Below, one piece after another: positions 13,251 through 26,740 of a stretch of DNA of 64,000 nucleotides (position 1 is the stretch's first letter; every line of letters starts with the position of its first letter). The notes beneath the pieces were generated by a model, which worked only from the letters and a program-made list of their open reading frames with translations, did no database searches and was not told the DNA's origin. Made by a program: the position numbers and the translations under genes. Origin of the DNA: Nageia nagi (Eukaryota > Plantae > Pinophyta); NCBI GenBank assembly GCA_050084985.1, contig JBITNC010000002.1, forward strand, positions 12,214,001 through 12,278,000, given 5' to 3'.

Positions 13251-13869
13251 ATATATAGACGACACCCCATTATGGGTGCCTAGATCATGCCTAGGAATCC
13301 ATAAGGACATAGCACCTTACTCTACACACATGGATTGGCATCCGGATCCACATAATCACTCCTCGTAGTCACCATAATGCTAATAAACACTCCTAACTAT
13401 AAAAGGGTACATAAGAACTCCTAATTACATAGCTCACTCCTAGATACAATCAACAACTAACCCATATCCCTAGGAGAGGGACATCACATAGATCAAGCCC
13501 ATTAAATGGGAGAATATAGTAAATTCTCACGTGCGTGATTGTAGAAGACTGGCTTGGCAGGCAAACTTCAAAATACAATATCTCACTTGTTTCTTGACGA
13601 AACCATGTCGTATAACCTGTCAAAACGTTTGGCACGAGGTGTTGTATCCAATCCAGGAGACAAATCAACAATATAGGACCTGTGGCGAGCTTGGATCTCA
13701 ATAAAAGTAACAATATTAAAAATGGAACATCACATTAGTCTATTGTTTTTCTTTTGAATCTTTGTTCTATCTAATTCTATTTTCATTCCGGTACTGTTTT
13801 GCTTGATAATATTAAATTGTATTCTGCTATTCTTTATTGAGTTGCTAGTGTATTTCAGTAAACAAAATT

Positions 13870-15660
13870 AATTACCCCGTGTCAACATCTTTCTTTGAAA
13901 TAACCTTTATTCCTCTAAAAAGCAAAATCATGTTGTATTTGTTTCCTTCACCTTCTTTCTCATAGAGTTCACAAATAGATGCTAGCAGTTCTTCTTCACT
14001 TATGTTACCTAATTCAGTGCTTTGTGAGTGAGGATGCCCTTTTTTCCTATGCAAAAGCTTTTTGCATTCTTTTGTCCAAGAGGCTCTTTTATTTGAGCCA
14101 AAACTAATCACTTTTTTCCTAAGCTTGCTTGCATTCATTATCATGTCACATAACACAATCACCCAGAAGATTTATGATATATTTGTTTTGCAATAGATCA
14201 GCTTTTTGGTGAGTTGGTCTACATATCTAACTGTCAGTTGTGTTCTTGCTTTCATCTTTAACACTCTCTTAATTCAGAAAAATATAGGTGAATGAGGAGA
14301 CTCTGGGAATTTAACTTCAATGTTGAAACAAATTAGTTGTTTGATAGTGTTCTCTTTTTCAATAAGATAATCAACCACAGTTGAATGTCTTTGTTCTTTT
14401 TGGTAAGTATGACCTCTTGTTCCTGTGAAATGTGAAGTCCTGCTGTATATCAACAAGTCAAAATGATTACATAGTGATAACAAATGCTTTCCCATCAATA
14501 ATGTCCTGAATATGAGATGAAATCATTGAACAACCCTTCCATCCATAAAAGAGGAACCAATGAGAACATGGTCACTGGAAATCCTCAAGGAATTTCATAA
14601 AAAGAACCACATCATCAGTAAAAAGCAGTAAGTAATGAGAACATGATCTAATTGTCTCCCATATAAGTGTTTTGACAAATGACATCGTCAAGCTCATCTA
14701 TGTAAATCCCAAAGTAAGAGAATTAGAACATCCTTGTATGACTCTGATAAACTTAAACTCCTTGAAAAAGCCAAAAGCAATGTAAAGCATCCAACAAATA
14801 CCTCAAATAATCTCACAATAGCAGCAATACAAGTCATGGAGATGCCAATATCCTATAGATCCTAAGTAACCAACGCCTAGGAATTGTATCAAAGTCCTAA
14901 TATCAGCAAATATTTAAAAAACAAAAAACTTAAATTAGACCACAAAGGGACATCCTCAATGATAGATTGAGAATAGAAAAAAATGATCACTCATTTGATA
15001 CTCACTTCTAAAACCTTATTGCCCTTGTTTCTCTAAGCCCACTAGCCCAAATAATAAGAAAGCTTCATGTTCAAGACCTTCGTACCAAGCTTTGCAAAAA
15101 TGTGATCATGATAGTTCTATCTGTAGTTGTTTGGATGCGAGTTGTCCCCAAATTGGTGGAAGATGAATATATATCCATACCAAGATGAGGGCAGTTGTCA
15201 CAAACAAATTCATTAAACAAACCCATAATCTGATAGGTAAGCAAATCATTGACCAACTGAAGAAAATCAGCTTGTATCCTTCACAATCATCTGCATTACT
15301 AATGTTCAATTTCCTTATAGCACTTATAGTATCTCTTTTAGAGAAGAAATAAAAGGATATGGGAGAAGAGGAAGCATGGATAATGAGTTGGTCAACAATG
15401 TCGAAGAGGGAGTTGGCATGTGAGACCCAAGATTGGGAATGAATGGCAGAGGAAACATTTTTCTTAGGAAGCAAGGTGTGTCAAAAGCTTTTTTGTGTAG
15501 TTGAGTGCATCAAGCTCATACAATCTAGAGATGCGAAAATCATGTTTCTTGTGTTGGAGAAAATAACAGTACTCTTTGTGAGAAAAAGGAAGGAAGCTCG
15601 CTCCTATATAATGCTTTACATTCATCAACATACCAATAGTTTATGTGGCATCAAACCATA
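13870..15660 (-). mobile_element. Decayed LINE fragments (RT and AP-endonuclease)
   Basis: RT motifs resembling VIQGC...L.GIYIDELDD (~14680-14745) and LLFTDDVV (~14607-14630); endonuclease motifs STVVDYL...PESPHSPI (14274-14498). Confidence 0.7.
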
Positions 15661-15874
15661 ACATTTGAAACTCTTTTCTACTAACAACTGAGTCCATTGT
15701 AAGGTGATTTTTGGGCTACAACTTGCATGTCAAGATAAAACTATGAATTGAATATCATAAATAAAGAAATAACACAATGCTAGCAGCAAATTTTTGCCGG
15801 TCTTCTGTTGTACATATTCATTCCTTTATTCAAATATAACATGAAACTGAGAATTAGATAATAGCAAAATTGAC

Positions 15875-15953
15875 CGGTGAATCAGCATCCCAAGTTGATG
15901 TGGCTTCCCCAATTCGAAATACTCCACTATAAACCTTTATCATATCTTGAAAA
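15875..15953 (-). CDS. truB: truB exon 4 (FQDMIKVYSGVFRIGEATSTWDADSP)
   Basis: Acceptor GTGCAG|T, donor CCG|GTCAA; 79 nt; matches the TruB KxY...G..T.T.D motif. Confidence 0.95.
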
Positions 15954-17166
15954 CTGCACGTATGATAAAACCACAATGAGAAGTGTTTTTTCTAACTAAA
16001 CAATTTCAAGAAATGATGCAGTCTGAGAAATGGAAAAAGGTCTCAAATGCATGGCATGGTACAGTAGAAAGTACTAGGATAAAAAAACCATAGAGGCAAA
16101 ATGTAAAAAATACACTATGGACATGGACCCATGAACAATTAAATCAAAAAAAGAAACTAGATAAGGGTAAATCCAACACAAATATAGAAGCTAAAGCTTG
16201 ACGAACTCCATTTACTTCCAATAAGTTAAGATATTGTTTTTTATTGAAGAAAATTATATCGGAAAAACTTCATTCTACTATTGACCTATTTGCCTAATAG
16301 TCTTGGTTTGTTCAAGGTACACTTACCAAATAAAAGATGCAGAATATAGGTTATCTAAACAGGGACCAAAATGCATAAAACGTTATTCAAAATTGTAAGA
16401 AAAACAAATTAAAATAATAAGAAATTCCACCCAAAGAAAACAAAAGTTCTAAGGTTTAATCTTTACACACAGGATTTGAAAATAAAATGGAAATTGAACA
16501 AAAGCAAAATATCAGGTCAAGAATGTGATTCATAGTTGGATGATGGATCCATACAGACAACACAGGAATGAGACTTGTTGTGAGATACAAAATAGTAGCC
16601 AGTATACAAATTATGAAATTGAACAAATTCTACTTGGCAAATTAAGAAAATACAGTAGTTCCCAAAAGGGCAACACATTGGTTAATGCTTCGATTGATCT
16701 CTGGAGCCTCATAGTTGGATATGCTTGATTATTATTATCTTTGATACCATCCAGAGGACAAGAGTCTTAGCGCAACGCTAAGCAAACCCCTAGGTGCAGC
16801 ATCTAGGAGGATTAGCAGGCTGAGGGATCTTGTTAGTCTACGGCTTTGGTGCAGCACCTTAGCCCATCTGGTGGTATTCCGAGGTTGAGCTTCTATCTTC
16901 AATCCAGGATTTGAGGAGGGCTCCTTCAGTGGAGAGGATGCAGGTTCTAAGGGAGCAAGACTATCTCATTCACCATCTGTCCGTCCAGCAGTGAGAGATA
17001 TCAATTGTGCCCTAGTTGGCTCCTTGGAGGCCAACGTCCAACCCTAGGGACTCAATATTGTATCATTTACCATTCTATATCATTTATACAGCCATTGGGC
17101 ATTGGATCGCCATATTTGTCTTGTGTATGCTTTGCTATCGCAATGTTGTGGTTTGATTGTTCATTT

Positions 17167-18339
17167 TGTAGACACTGAAAAATAACACTTTTTTGAATAG
17201 ATGTGTTTTATAAAATTGATATGTTTTAATGCATTATAGATTTAATCCTAATGCTTATATCGCAAAATCAAACTACTCAAAAGGCCAAATTAGAGCAAAA
17301 AGTGACTTTAATTTAAAAAGGTACAAAAGTGGGTATCTAACATTTGACATTTCTCACTTAAGTGATAAAAAGGCGTATATAACTGAATGTCAAATTAGAA
17401 TTCCTAACACTAATTCATTTTTTGTACTCTTGATTCAATTTTGCTCTCATGTGATCTATGCTCTTAACATTTTGCTCCAAGATTGTAATAAGCGTTTGAA
17501 GCTAGGGTTCTGAAGGATTTTCTGAAGGGTTAAGTGCTTTTGGGAGGATTTTCTATCAACATGAGCTAAAGATCTGCATGCCATAACACTTGTGGTAATA
17601 TTCTTCTCACAAACTTGTTTCATTTTGCAAATATATTTGTATGTTTAAGGTTCTTGCAGGTTTTGGAGCTCATTCAACCATTGCAGGAGCTTGGATCTAT
17701 CTACTTATTGTATCCACCACAAATTGTTTGCATGTAGTATGACGTATAGGCTGAATTCATTAAATTGCATTTTCACCATTAGATTTCTTATTTGAATCCA
17801 TAGTATCATAAATCCACCATGTTAAGACTCATAGGATCTTGTGGGTATTCTTGAATCTCTTTGATTCAAGGATCTTTAAAGATCTTTGTATTTGCATCAT
17901 TTGAAGGTTTTGAAAGTTTAAATTGCTAGATCTTGCATTATGTCATTAATACATGTAAAGATTGCTTTCATTGTTTAAATCTACCATTGAATTTGTATTA
18001 GGAACACATAGACCTAATCATTTGCATAATAGGCATACAAATTTTGTTTGTTCTCACTGATTTGAGGGCTTGGGGGCTCACATGCTTCTTTGGAGTGAGG
18101 AAACTCACTCCAAGCTCACCTCGGTGCCTTAAAGAGCCTTGGCCAGGAGGCTCCCCTTCCCATTTAAATGCATTTAGGGTTTCTTTATGTTCTTGCAAAG
18201 TTTTAGTTTATTATTTCAAGATTTGATCATATTTCTACCTAGGTTTTTGGTGAGTGCACATCTAGTAAAGCATTGATATGTATGTGCATTTGACTAGTTT
18301 ATGCTTGTTGAGACACATATACACAAATTTCGACCTACA
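17167..18339. mobile_element. Solo LTR inserted in the Gypsy 5' LTR
   Basis: TGTAGAC...GACCTACA termini; TSD CATTT/CATTC; the insert is absent from the 3' LTR at ~22985. Confidence 0.85.
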
Positions 18340-19217
18340 CATTCATGCATGTATGAACCAGACGTTGGCATTGTGAGCTTGTAATAATTGATATCTGCTA
18401 GAATTGTCTAGACGTTGGCAATATTGTATTGTTTATGCTTGTAATTGATGCCCTAGGCCAAACATTGAGCATACTTGTATATATTTGAACTATTTGCACT
18501 TAAATTTGTAATTGGTTATTTACAGTGGTATCAGAGTTGAAGATCTTGCCGCTCGAGGAAATGGAAGCCAGATCTACAACTACAATGAAGAAGTCAGAAT
18601 TCGGAAGGGTGGTTTTTTGCCAACTCCTTCAGAAATTCGAAGACAATAAGATCCCTTCGGAGGAAAAGGAGAGGCTCTTATGGTTCCTAGGTGAATGGCA
18701 TGAGAAGATGTGCAAGAAGAGAGGGAAGGCATGGAAGCCCAGATTTATGCCTCCGCACAAGACTCCGCCAAAGATCGAGATCTTGCTCCAAATCTACCAA
18801 GGAACCACCAAAGAGTTCTAGAGAGATATCACCTTTCAATTATATTAGGATCTTCTGGGTTATGGAGTGGTGGCATGGCAGAAATCCAATGTTGGAGGGG
18901 TAGAGCCAGCCACAACCCCAACATCTGGATTTGGACCACTAGGAGAAGTCAGAGATGCAACTACTTTGTTGGATTTGAAGAAGAGGGGTGAGCGGAAGTT
19001 GTCACTCAAATCTGAAGCCACTAGTAGCAAACTTGAGGCCGTCGCTCAGATTGTGTCGGCCAAGAAGATGAGTGCTATTGTCCAAAAGGCGGAGATTGAA
19101 TGGGGTTGTGTCTTCACTCTAGCCAAAGGAGGCCCCACGTTGCATTTTGGGGAGGCCAAGGAGTAGTCGTTTGAGGTCCAACGAATCCTAGACCGATATT
19201 CGAACATTTTTGGAGAT

Positions 19218-21960
19218 ATGCCCAAGGGGTTGCCATCATCCAGACGGTTTGAGCATACTATTGAGTTGGAATCGGAAGCCACGCCTATCATGATCACTCC
19301 TTACAGACATTCGAAAATCTATAAGGATGAAATAGAGAAGACAATCAAAGAGCTATTGGACATGGGATTCATACGACCTAGCTCTAGTCCCTTTGCCTCT
19401 TCGGTTGTGCTAGTCAAGAAGAAGGACGGGACCACGAGGATGTGTATTGACTACTGATTGCTCAACAAGAAGACCATCAAAAATAGGCATCCCATTCCTA
19501 GAGTAGATGATATCATTAATGAGTTGCATGGGGCAAAATACTTCTCAAAAATAGATTCGAGATCCGAATACCATCAAATAAGAATGAAGGAGGTGGATAT
19601 ACACAAAACGGCATTCAAGTGCCACTATGGTCACTTCAAGTTTTTGATGATGCCTTTCGGATTGACTAATGCACTGACCACTTTCTAATCAGCTATGAAT
19701 TAAGTTTTCAGAGAGCAGTTGAGGAAGTTTGTGTTAGTCTTCTTTGATGACATCTTGATGTACAGCAAAACGTGGGATGAACATCTCCATCTAGACCATG
19801 ATTTGAGGACATTGCAGAAACACAAAATTTATGCCAAACAGTCCAAATGTGAGTTTCGCATGATTGAAATTTTGTACCTTGGTCACATCATCAAGCATGA
19901 GGGAGTTAGGGTGGATGAGCAGAAGATTGCAGCTATTCAGGAGTGGCCAACACCTATGACCTTAACGCAATTGAGAGGGTTTTTTGGGCTATGCAACTAC
20001 TACAGGAGATTCATATGTGGCTTCTCCCACTTGGCTACCCCCCTAACGCAGTTGACCAAGAAGAATAAATTCGTTTGGAGTGATAGTGCTCAAGAGGGCT
20101 GTGAGATACTCAAGAAGGTCATGTGTTCCTATCCTTCCTTGGCTATTTCTGATTTTTCAATCCCTTTCACAGTAGAGTGTGATGCATCCAAACTTGGTGT
20201 TGGAGTCGTACTCACGAAAAAGGGGCAGCCAATTGCATTTGAGAGCAAGAAATTGTCTAGCGCAGAGCAAAATTTCAGCATGTATGATAAGGAGATGTTG
20301 GCCATCATGCATGCATTGGAAAGGTTCAAGCAATACTTGGTTTATGGTCCATTAATCATCAAGAGTGACCACAATAGCTTGAAGTACTTTCTCAGCCAAT
20401 CAGATCTCAGTGAGAAACAGCAAAGATGGATGAGCAAGCTTCAATCCTTTGATTTTGAGATCCAGTACATCAAGGGAAAGAAGAATACAGCTGTTGATGC
20501 ATTATCAAGGAATCCATCCTTTTACTCTCTCTCTTCTATCATTGCTGATTGGAAGAAGATTGTAATGGCTGAATACACTAAGGATGAGTTTGCTCAAGGC
20601 ATCCTAAGTGGGACAGTGAAGAACAAGAGGTACATGGTTAGGGACGGATTGAATTTGAAGAGGAATAGAATATTCCTAACTCCTAAATTGGAAATGAAGG
20701 AGAAAGTGCTCCATGCCTTGCATAACACCCTCTTGTAGGTCATCCAAGCATTACCAAGACATAAAAGGTAGTGAGAGAAAGGTTCACATAGAAGGGGCTG
20801 AAACAGGACGTTTTGAGTCACATTCAAGAGCGTGTGCAATGCCAAGAAAACAAGGAGGAGCATGTGAAGCCAGCAGGATTGCTCCAGCCATTGCCCATTC
20901 CACGGCAGAAATTGCATGACATCTCCATGGATTTCATCATGGGTCTTTCGAAGGTGCAAGGTAGAGATAGTATCTTTGGTTGATAGGCTCACCAAATTTT
21001 CCCATTTCTTTGCCATCATTGTCACATATACAACACCATAGTTGGCTGAATTATTCTTCAAGGAGATCTTCAGATTGCATAGGTTGCCTAGAAGGATTGT
21101 GTGTGATAGGGGCAGCAAGTTCATGAGCCTCTTTTGGTAAGAGTTGTTCCAATTGAGTGGCACCAACCTCACCCCAAGCACTAGCTACCAACCCCAAACG
21201 CATGGGCGGACATAAATCGTCAATAGGTGGGTGGAGGGGCACTTAAGGCACTATGTGACTAGGCAACAACAAACGTGGATCAAGTGGCTCCACGTTGGGG
21301 AGTATTGCTATAACTCCACCTATCATGTGTCCATCAAATTGTCTCCCTTCAAAGCTTCGTATGGTTATGATCCTCCTACCTTTACAGATTTGATTTTTGA
21401 AGAAGGTAGGGTTCCAAAAGCTAAAGACATCTTGCAGGAATATCAGGATATCCTGAGAGCCTTGAGGAGAACCTAAAGATGGCCCAGAATCGCCAAAAGA
21501 AATATTATGACCAGAACGGGACAGAGAGGACCTTTGAGGTAGGAGACATGGTGTACTTTGAGATTGCATTCATTTTGACAATCTTCACTCAAGAAGAGGA
21601 GAGCAAAGAAGCTAAAACCTAAGTTCTTTGGGTTGTACAAGATCCTACGCAAGGTAGGAGAGACTGCCTACGAGTTGGAACTGCCCCCAGAGAGCAAAAT
21701 TCACAACACCTTCCATGTCTCCCTCCTAAAGAAGGCTGTGGGACAGCAAGGCGTCTCTTTCACTACTCTTCCCCACTTGATGATGAGGCATGGTTGGTTT
21801 TGATTCCTAAGAGAGTGCTAGAGACTAGGATCAAGAAACTGAGGTCTAGACAAATTAGGGAGTATTTGATCAAATGGAGGGATTTGCCAAATGAGGACTC
21901 CACATGGGAAGGAGCAACGATACTTGCACATCCTGCGTTGAATTGCTTGAGGGCAAGCAA
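19218..21960 (+). pseudogene. Gypsy pol (RT-RNaseH-integrase-chromodomain) with stops and frameshifts
   Basis: [39 protein letters not shown], integrase remnants and the chromodomain EYLIKWRDLPNEDSTWE. Confidence 0.95.
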
Positions 21961-23170
21961 TCTTGAGAGGGGAGGCTTTGTGAAATCCCCTTGCATAATT
22001 GTAATTAATTATGGAATCCAACGAATTCCCCTTTGTATTATATTTTATTATTGATATTGTGCTTTAAGTTAATACTTGGAATAGAAGACTTAATGGGTCA
22101 TTGGACCCCACTGTGAGCCCCAAGTGAGACGTCTCCCTCCCAAGTGTAGATTAGGTGTTTTAATGTACTTGGAGATCCCGATACATGATTGTGGGAATCC
22201 CAAGGTCTATTTAGCACTTAAGTGGATGAATGAGCACTTGTACACATGCACCAGCCTTAGGGAGACTCCCAAACCCCCATGTTGGCCCATTATGACACCT
22301 CAACACCCACGCATGACCCCTAGACCCACGTTAGGCATGCGTGGCACTCCTTACCCCCACGTTGGCATTAATTGCTCCTAGGTACCCACGTTGGGCATGC
22401 CTGACCCCTAGACACCTACGTTGGGCATCTTGGGCCTCCAGAAGGCTAACGTTGGATTATGGGAGCTAGGTGATGACTCCTAGGTGCAATCCAGATCCAG
22501 TGACGCGTTATAAAAGGCATTGGAGCCTCATAGCTAGATATGCTTGATTATTATTATCTTTGATACCGTCCAGAGGAAAAGAGTCTTAGCGCAGCGCTAA
22601 GCAAACCCCTAGGTGTAGCATCTAGGAGGATTAGCATGCTGAGGGATCCTATTAGTCTACGGCTTTAGTGCAACACCCTAGCCCACCTAGTGGTATTCCG
22701 AGGTTGAGCTTCTACTTTCAGTGGTTTCCAAGATTGAAGGAGGGTTCCTTCAGTGGAGAGGATTCAGGTTTTGAGGGAGCAAGACTGTCCCATTCACCAT
22801 CTGTTTGTCCAGTAGTGAGAGACATCAGTGGTGCCCTAGTTGACTCTTTTGAGGCCAACGTCCAGCCTTAGGGGCTCGGTATTGTATCATTTACCATTCT
22901 ATATCATTTATACAGTCATTGGGCATTGGATCATCATATTTGTCTTGTGTATGCTTTGTTATTCCAACTTTGTGGTTTGATTGTTCATTCATGCATGTAT
23001 GAGCCAGATGTTGGCATTGTGAACTTGTAATAATTGATATCTGCTAGACTTGTCCAGACGTTGGCAATATTGTATTGTTTATGCTTGTAATTAATGCCCT
23101 ATGTGAGACGTTCAGTATACTTGTGTATATTTGAGCTATTTGCACTTGAATTTGTAATTGGATCTTTACA

Positions 23171-24139
23171 TAGAGGAAGCAAAAACATCTCAAAACCATG
23201 TTCAAAAACCTAGAATGATGTCGTTCAACCATGGACAAAGACTAGCAGGAATCTAGATACCAAATCCAAACACACCCACAATTCAGGTGGACTAATAAAT
23301 CATAAACTATAGGATTACAATCCTCAAAGAGAGAGGGCTCATCTATAAATTCAATGCGATATGGAAAGGATTAACCACATTTTGTGAAATGACTCATTTC
23401 TGATTTTTACACAAAACTGGATACTCAAGCACAGAAATTAGCACAAATGTTGCACCATAATTAGAAAAATCAGTCAGGATAGAATTGTATTAATTTCTGA
23501 ATAGATACAATGAAAGAACATCCAAAAGGGTACTCAAATATGAACATAAAATGAATTGGAAAACTCCCCAGAGTGGGATAAACCCCCCTTAGGGTTTCTA
23601 TTAACTCAAAAAACACAAAAATCTGGCTGAATATTGCTCACAAAGCTGGAAACCCCTTCTAGGGCAGCAAGGTCACAAAACACAATAACAAAAATCACCA
23701 CGAACTAGCTGGATTTCTTCCACAACAATTTCAAGTGACTAAGGGCACATCTCCTTAGTTTGCAAATGCAACAACAAGGCTCATCTCTTGTCAACTGCAA
23801 ATGCCTCCACCAGAGCTAGGGCACATCTCCTAAATAATGGTGGAGTTTGAGTAGGGGACAACCTTCCTCAAGAAACCTAGGGTTTCAGATACAAAGTCAT
23901 ATAATAGCAAATAATACTCAAAATGAGATGCTCCATCCTCTTATATAGCTTGAGGATCTAATTTCAAGTTGACATCCCCAAACCCTAATTTGACGTAAAG
24001 TGCCTTATTACAACATAAAGAAATAAAACATAAATGAAAATAACTTAATGTTATGTCTCTTAGTTGCATGAGCCCCTTTTCACTTTCATAATTAAGTGTA
24101 GGAGACATTTACAAAAATATTTATTTTTGGGACATTACA
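23171..24139. mobile_element. Partial solo LTR, same family as 41018-41825
   Basis: Ends GGGACATTACA; shares the paired AGGGCACATCTCC motifs and downstream sequence with 41490-41825. Confidence 0.7.
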
Positions 24140-25409
24140 TTTTGCATGTGGATCAGGCGGAATATAATGAGCCAAATCAAAATAAAGAAATAATGCATGT
24201 TAGTGGGAAATATCTTGGAACAGTTAGTGGGAAATTAATGCATGCATGTTTGTGGAAAATATCTTGGAGCAATTAGTGGGGAATAATGCAATGCATGTCA
24301 GTTGGAAATTATGAGTGTTAGTGATTAGTCAAGTTTTATTATCCTGGAGCAATTAGTGAGAAATAATGCATGCATGTCAGTAGGAATTAGTGAGAGTTAT
24401 TGATTAGTCAAGTAATTTGTTTCAACTATATATTTGTATATCATTTCTTCATATGGGAAGTGTATGTTTTGGAGAATACTTTCAAGTTTGCTAATCAAAA
24501 GCAATGTTTTGGAGTAAGGTCATTCCCCCTCAACTTCAAAGATCCCATTGAAGAAGTCCCCCTTCAATGGTTTTGTTTTCTTAATGTGTAAACAGTCACA
24601 AGTGAAGATCAAGCTTGGGGACGAAAACCCTCAATGTGCAGATTGGAACAACAGAATGTCATTATTGTGAGTTTGGATTTCATTTTCTTATTTGTGTGAA
24701 TTTCCATCAGTATAAGTTCCAATAATACACAATATCAAAAATATTTGTGTTGGAAAAGTTCTATGCATTATGTTATGTAGGTTTTTTGTTTGGGATATTA
24801 CATTGGTATTAGAGCTTGGATCTTGCTAGCCTGTGGGAAAAGCACAACTGCTCGAAATATTGCATGGATAAGATGGCATATGGAGATAGAAAGTGGGAGA
24901 TCCTTAACATGATGAGATCAGTAAGGAAGGGGCAGCAACAAATCCCCGAACTCCTTGCCAAGGGCTTGCCAAATATCTGCAGTTGAAAGAACCAAGCCAT
25001 GATGCCCTCCATGCACAATATGCAACTAAAAGTGCTGAGTTTAGAGCAAACATTTCTTTCTTGGACTTTTGTACCTTAAAATCAAAGTCCAAAATAAGAG
25101 ATGGGAGGAGACCTTCTTCATATCCACACAATTTCAGTGCCAAGGTGGGTGTAGATGATGATCATCACAAGTCAGATATTAAAGGTAAGGTTTTGGTTGC
25201 TACATTATCAGTTAGTGAAAATCATGCTTTACATATAAGAACTAAAATCACATGCGAGAGCGAAGCTCAATACCCTACTCATGGAAGCCATTGTGCAACC
25301 AACAATGTCAAAGTTGAAAGTCTGGGTAGCATAGAAGATAAAAAGATAGAGACAAAGGAAGCATTGATTGTTCAATCTAAGGATTCAACAATCTCAACAT
25401 ATATTTCAG

Positions 25410-25495
25410 TGTTCCGATGCCATTCATGGCAGATTTGAGTTCTTGGTGATGCCTTTTTGACTCACCAATGCTCTAGTCACCCTTTCAGTCCTGTC
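25410..25495 (+). pseudogene. Short Gypsy RT remnant
   Basis: FRCH.(fs)GRFEFLVMPF*LTNA, homologous to the RT at 19610-19680. Confidence 0.8.
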
Positions 25496-25619
25496 ACAAC
25501 ATGATGCACCTCCAAGCAACAGGATACAAGAGATATTACTGTCTGCTGCTACAAAAACCACAGTGGATGATACAGGCCAGCAAATGCTACTTCTGGAAAA
25601 TATTTGGGTTGAATTATTG

Positions 25620-25850
25620 ACTCCTTTGCAGAACTGGTATCTGCCAATATCATTTGACTTTGAGAATCTTATCCACAGGTATTGTTGTAAGGGTTCTGCT
25701 AATCAATGGCTTGTAAGGCCTGTTCAAGTCAAATATGGTTGGGACCTGGATGGTGGCTATGATGGAGTGAATTTGGAGAAGATGCTTGTTCTTGGAGGTA
25801 AAATTCCAACCTTAGTATCTGGACAAATTACAAAAAAGAATAAAATGGTA
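25620..25850 (+). pseudogene. Captured fragment of a TOC159-family (Toc132/120-like) chloroplast import receptor M-domain
   Basis: LPISFDFENLIHRY...SANQWLVRPVQVKYGWDLDGGYDGVNLEKMLVLGGKIPTLVSGQITK resembles the recalled family consensus LPASFDSDNPTHRYR..NQWLVRPVL.THGWDHD.GY.GVN.E...KIP.S.SGQ.TKDKK. Confidence 0.88.
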
Positions 25851-26171
25851 TAGCAATTTCAAGGAACATAAAAAATGGAAATATCCCTTTGAAGTTTCAC
25901 CACATGGGAGGGCTACATGTAATTTCGATAGTTGCAAACATCACTCACAGCACACCTTTCTATGATGATGGCTCTTTATTTTACTGGTTGTCATCTGATC
26001 CAACTCTCTGTTGCCAGCAATCTACTCCCTGAGATACAAATACTGGACAGCAATTGTTACTTCAACAGGTGATCCTTATGCATGTGATAGCAAGAAGGGC
26101 AAAGAGGAACCAAATCACTTTCTAGCTAATACTTCTGTACATTTACAAGGGAGTGGTATGGAGCAGCAGAG

Positions 26172-26556
26172 ATGGAGAACCTAGGCAGTATTTGGGCATA
26201 TGTTGCACAGCTTATTAAATAACTTCGAACAACTTCCCTAGCAATGCATGACAAAGAGCTGGTTATCCAAGGACTTTGCAGTATAGGAAAGAGAAGAAAG
26301 GATGTAAGGACTGCAATTTATTCTCATGGACAAGCAATTCCTCTGCTTGTTGCACTTCTGAAATCTGGGACCCCTTCTGCCAAGTTCAAGGTGGCTTCAA
26401 TAGGGGGTCCTATGTCATGAAGAAGAGTTGTGAATCAATGTCCTGCTTGTAGGTTGCATAACTTGTTTGCTTGGGCTATTAAGGTTTGGCCCAGGAGAAG
26501 CACAGAAAGCAGCTGCAAAGGCCATATTGTTTATAACATATGGCAGCCTCACAGAT
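26172..26556 (+). pseudogene. Captured fragment of CELLULOSE SYNTHASE INTERACTIVE (CSI1/CSI3-like) N-terminal ARM region
   Basis: VAQLIK*LR....DKEL....IGKRRKDVRTAIYSHGQAIPLLVALLKSGTPSAKFKVASI..(fs)LCHEEEL*INVLLVGCI..LLGLL...EAQKAAAKAI matches the CSI pattern VAQLIEQL...SHxQA.P.LV.LLRSG...LC.E.ELR.KVLLGGCIPPLLGLLK. Confidence 0.88.
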
Positions 26557-26740
26557 CAAGAAATGGAGGATATAAATGTTTTCCATGACAGAATGACAAA
26601 TTTAAGAGCAGAATCTGATTGAGTGCATGCTCTTGCTTGCATTTGCCGAAAAACTTTTTGTGTTAATCTTTTTGACAAAGATAGTGCACTGAAAGGACAA
26701 AAACCACATAGTGGAACTGATATCACTTCACTGTTTGAAG
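26557..26740 (+). pseudogene. TPLATE: Captured TPLATE fragment, part 1 (left of hAT insertion)
   Basis: AESD*VHALACICRKTFCVNLFDKDSALKGQKPHSGTDITSLFE resembles TPLATE AESDRMHALACICRTALCVDLFAKES.RRGQKP..GTDI.SLFE. Confidence 0.85.

Larger units (their letters stand above)
16701..23170 (+). mobile_element. Ty3/Gypsy chromovirus-type LTR retrotransposon, decayed; 5' LTR truncated and interrupted; gag/protease largely missing
   Basis: 5' LTR 16701-18524 aligns to 22521-23170; PBS TGGTATCAGAG at 18526; PPT GAGAGGGGAGG ~21965; 3' LTR 21979-23170 (TG...CA). Confidence 0.92.
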
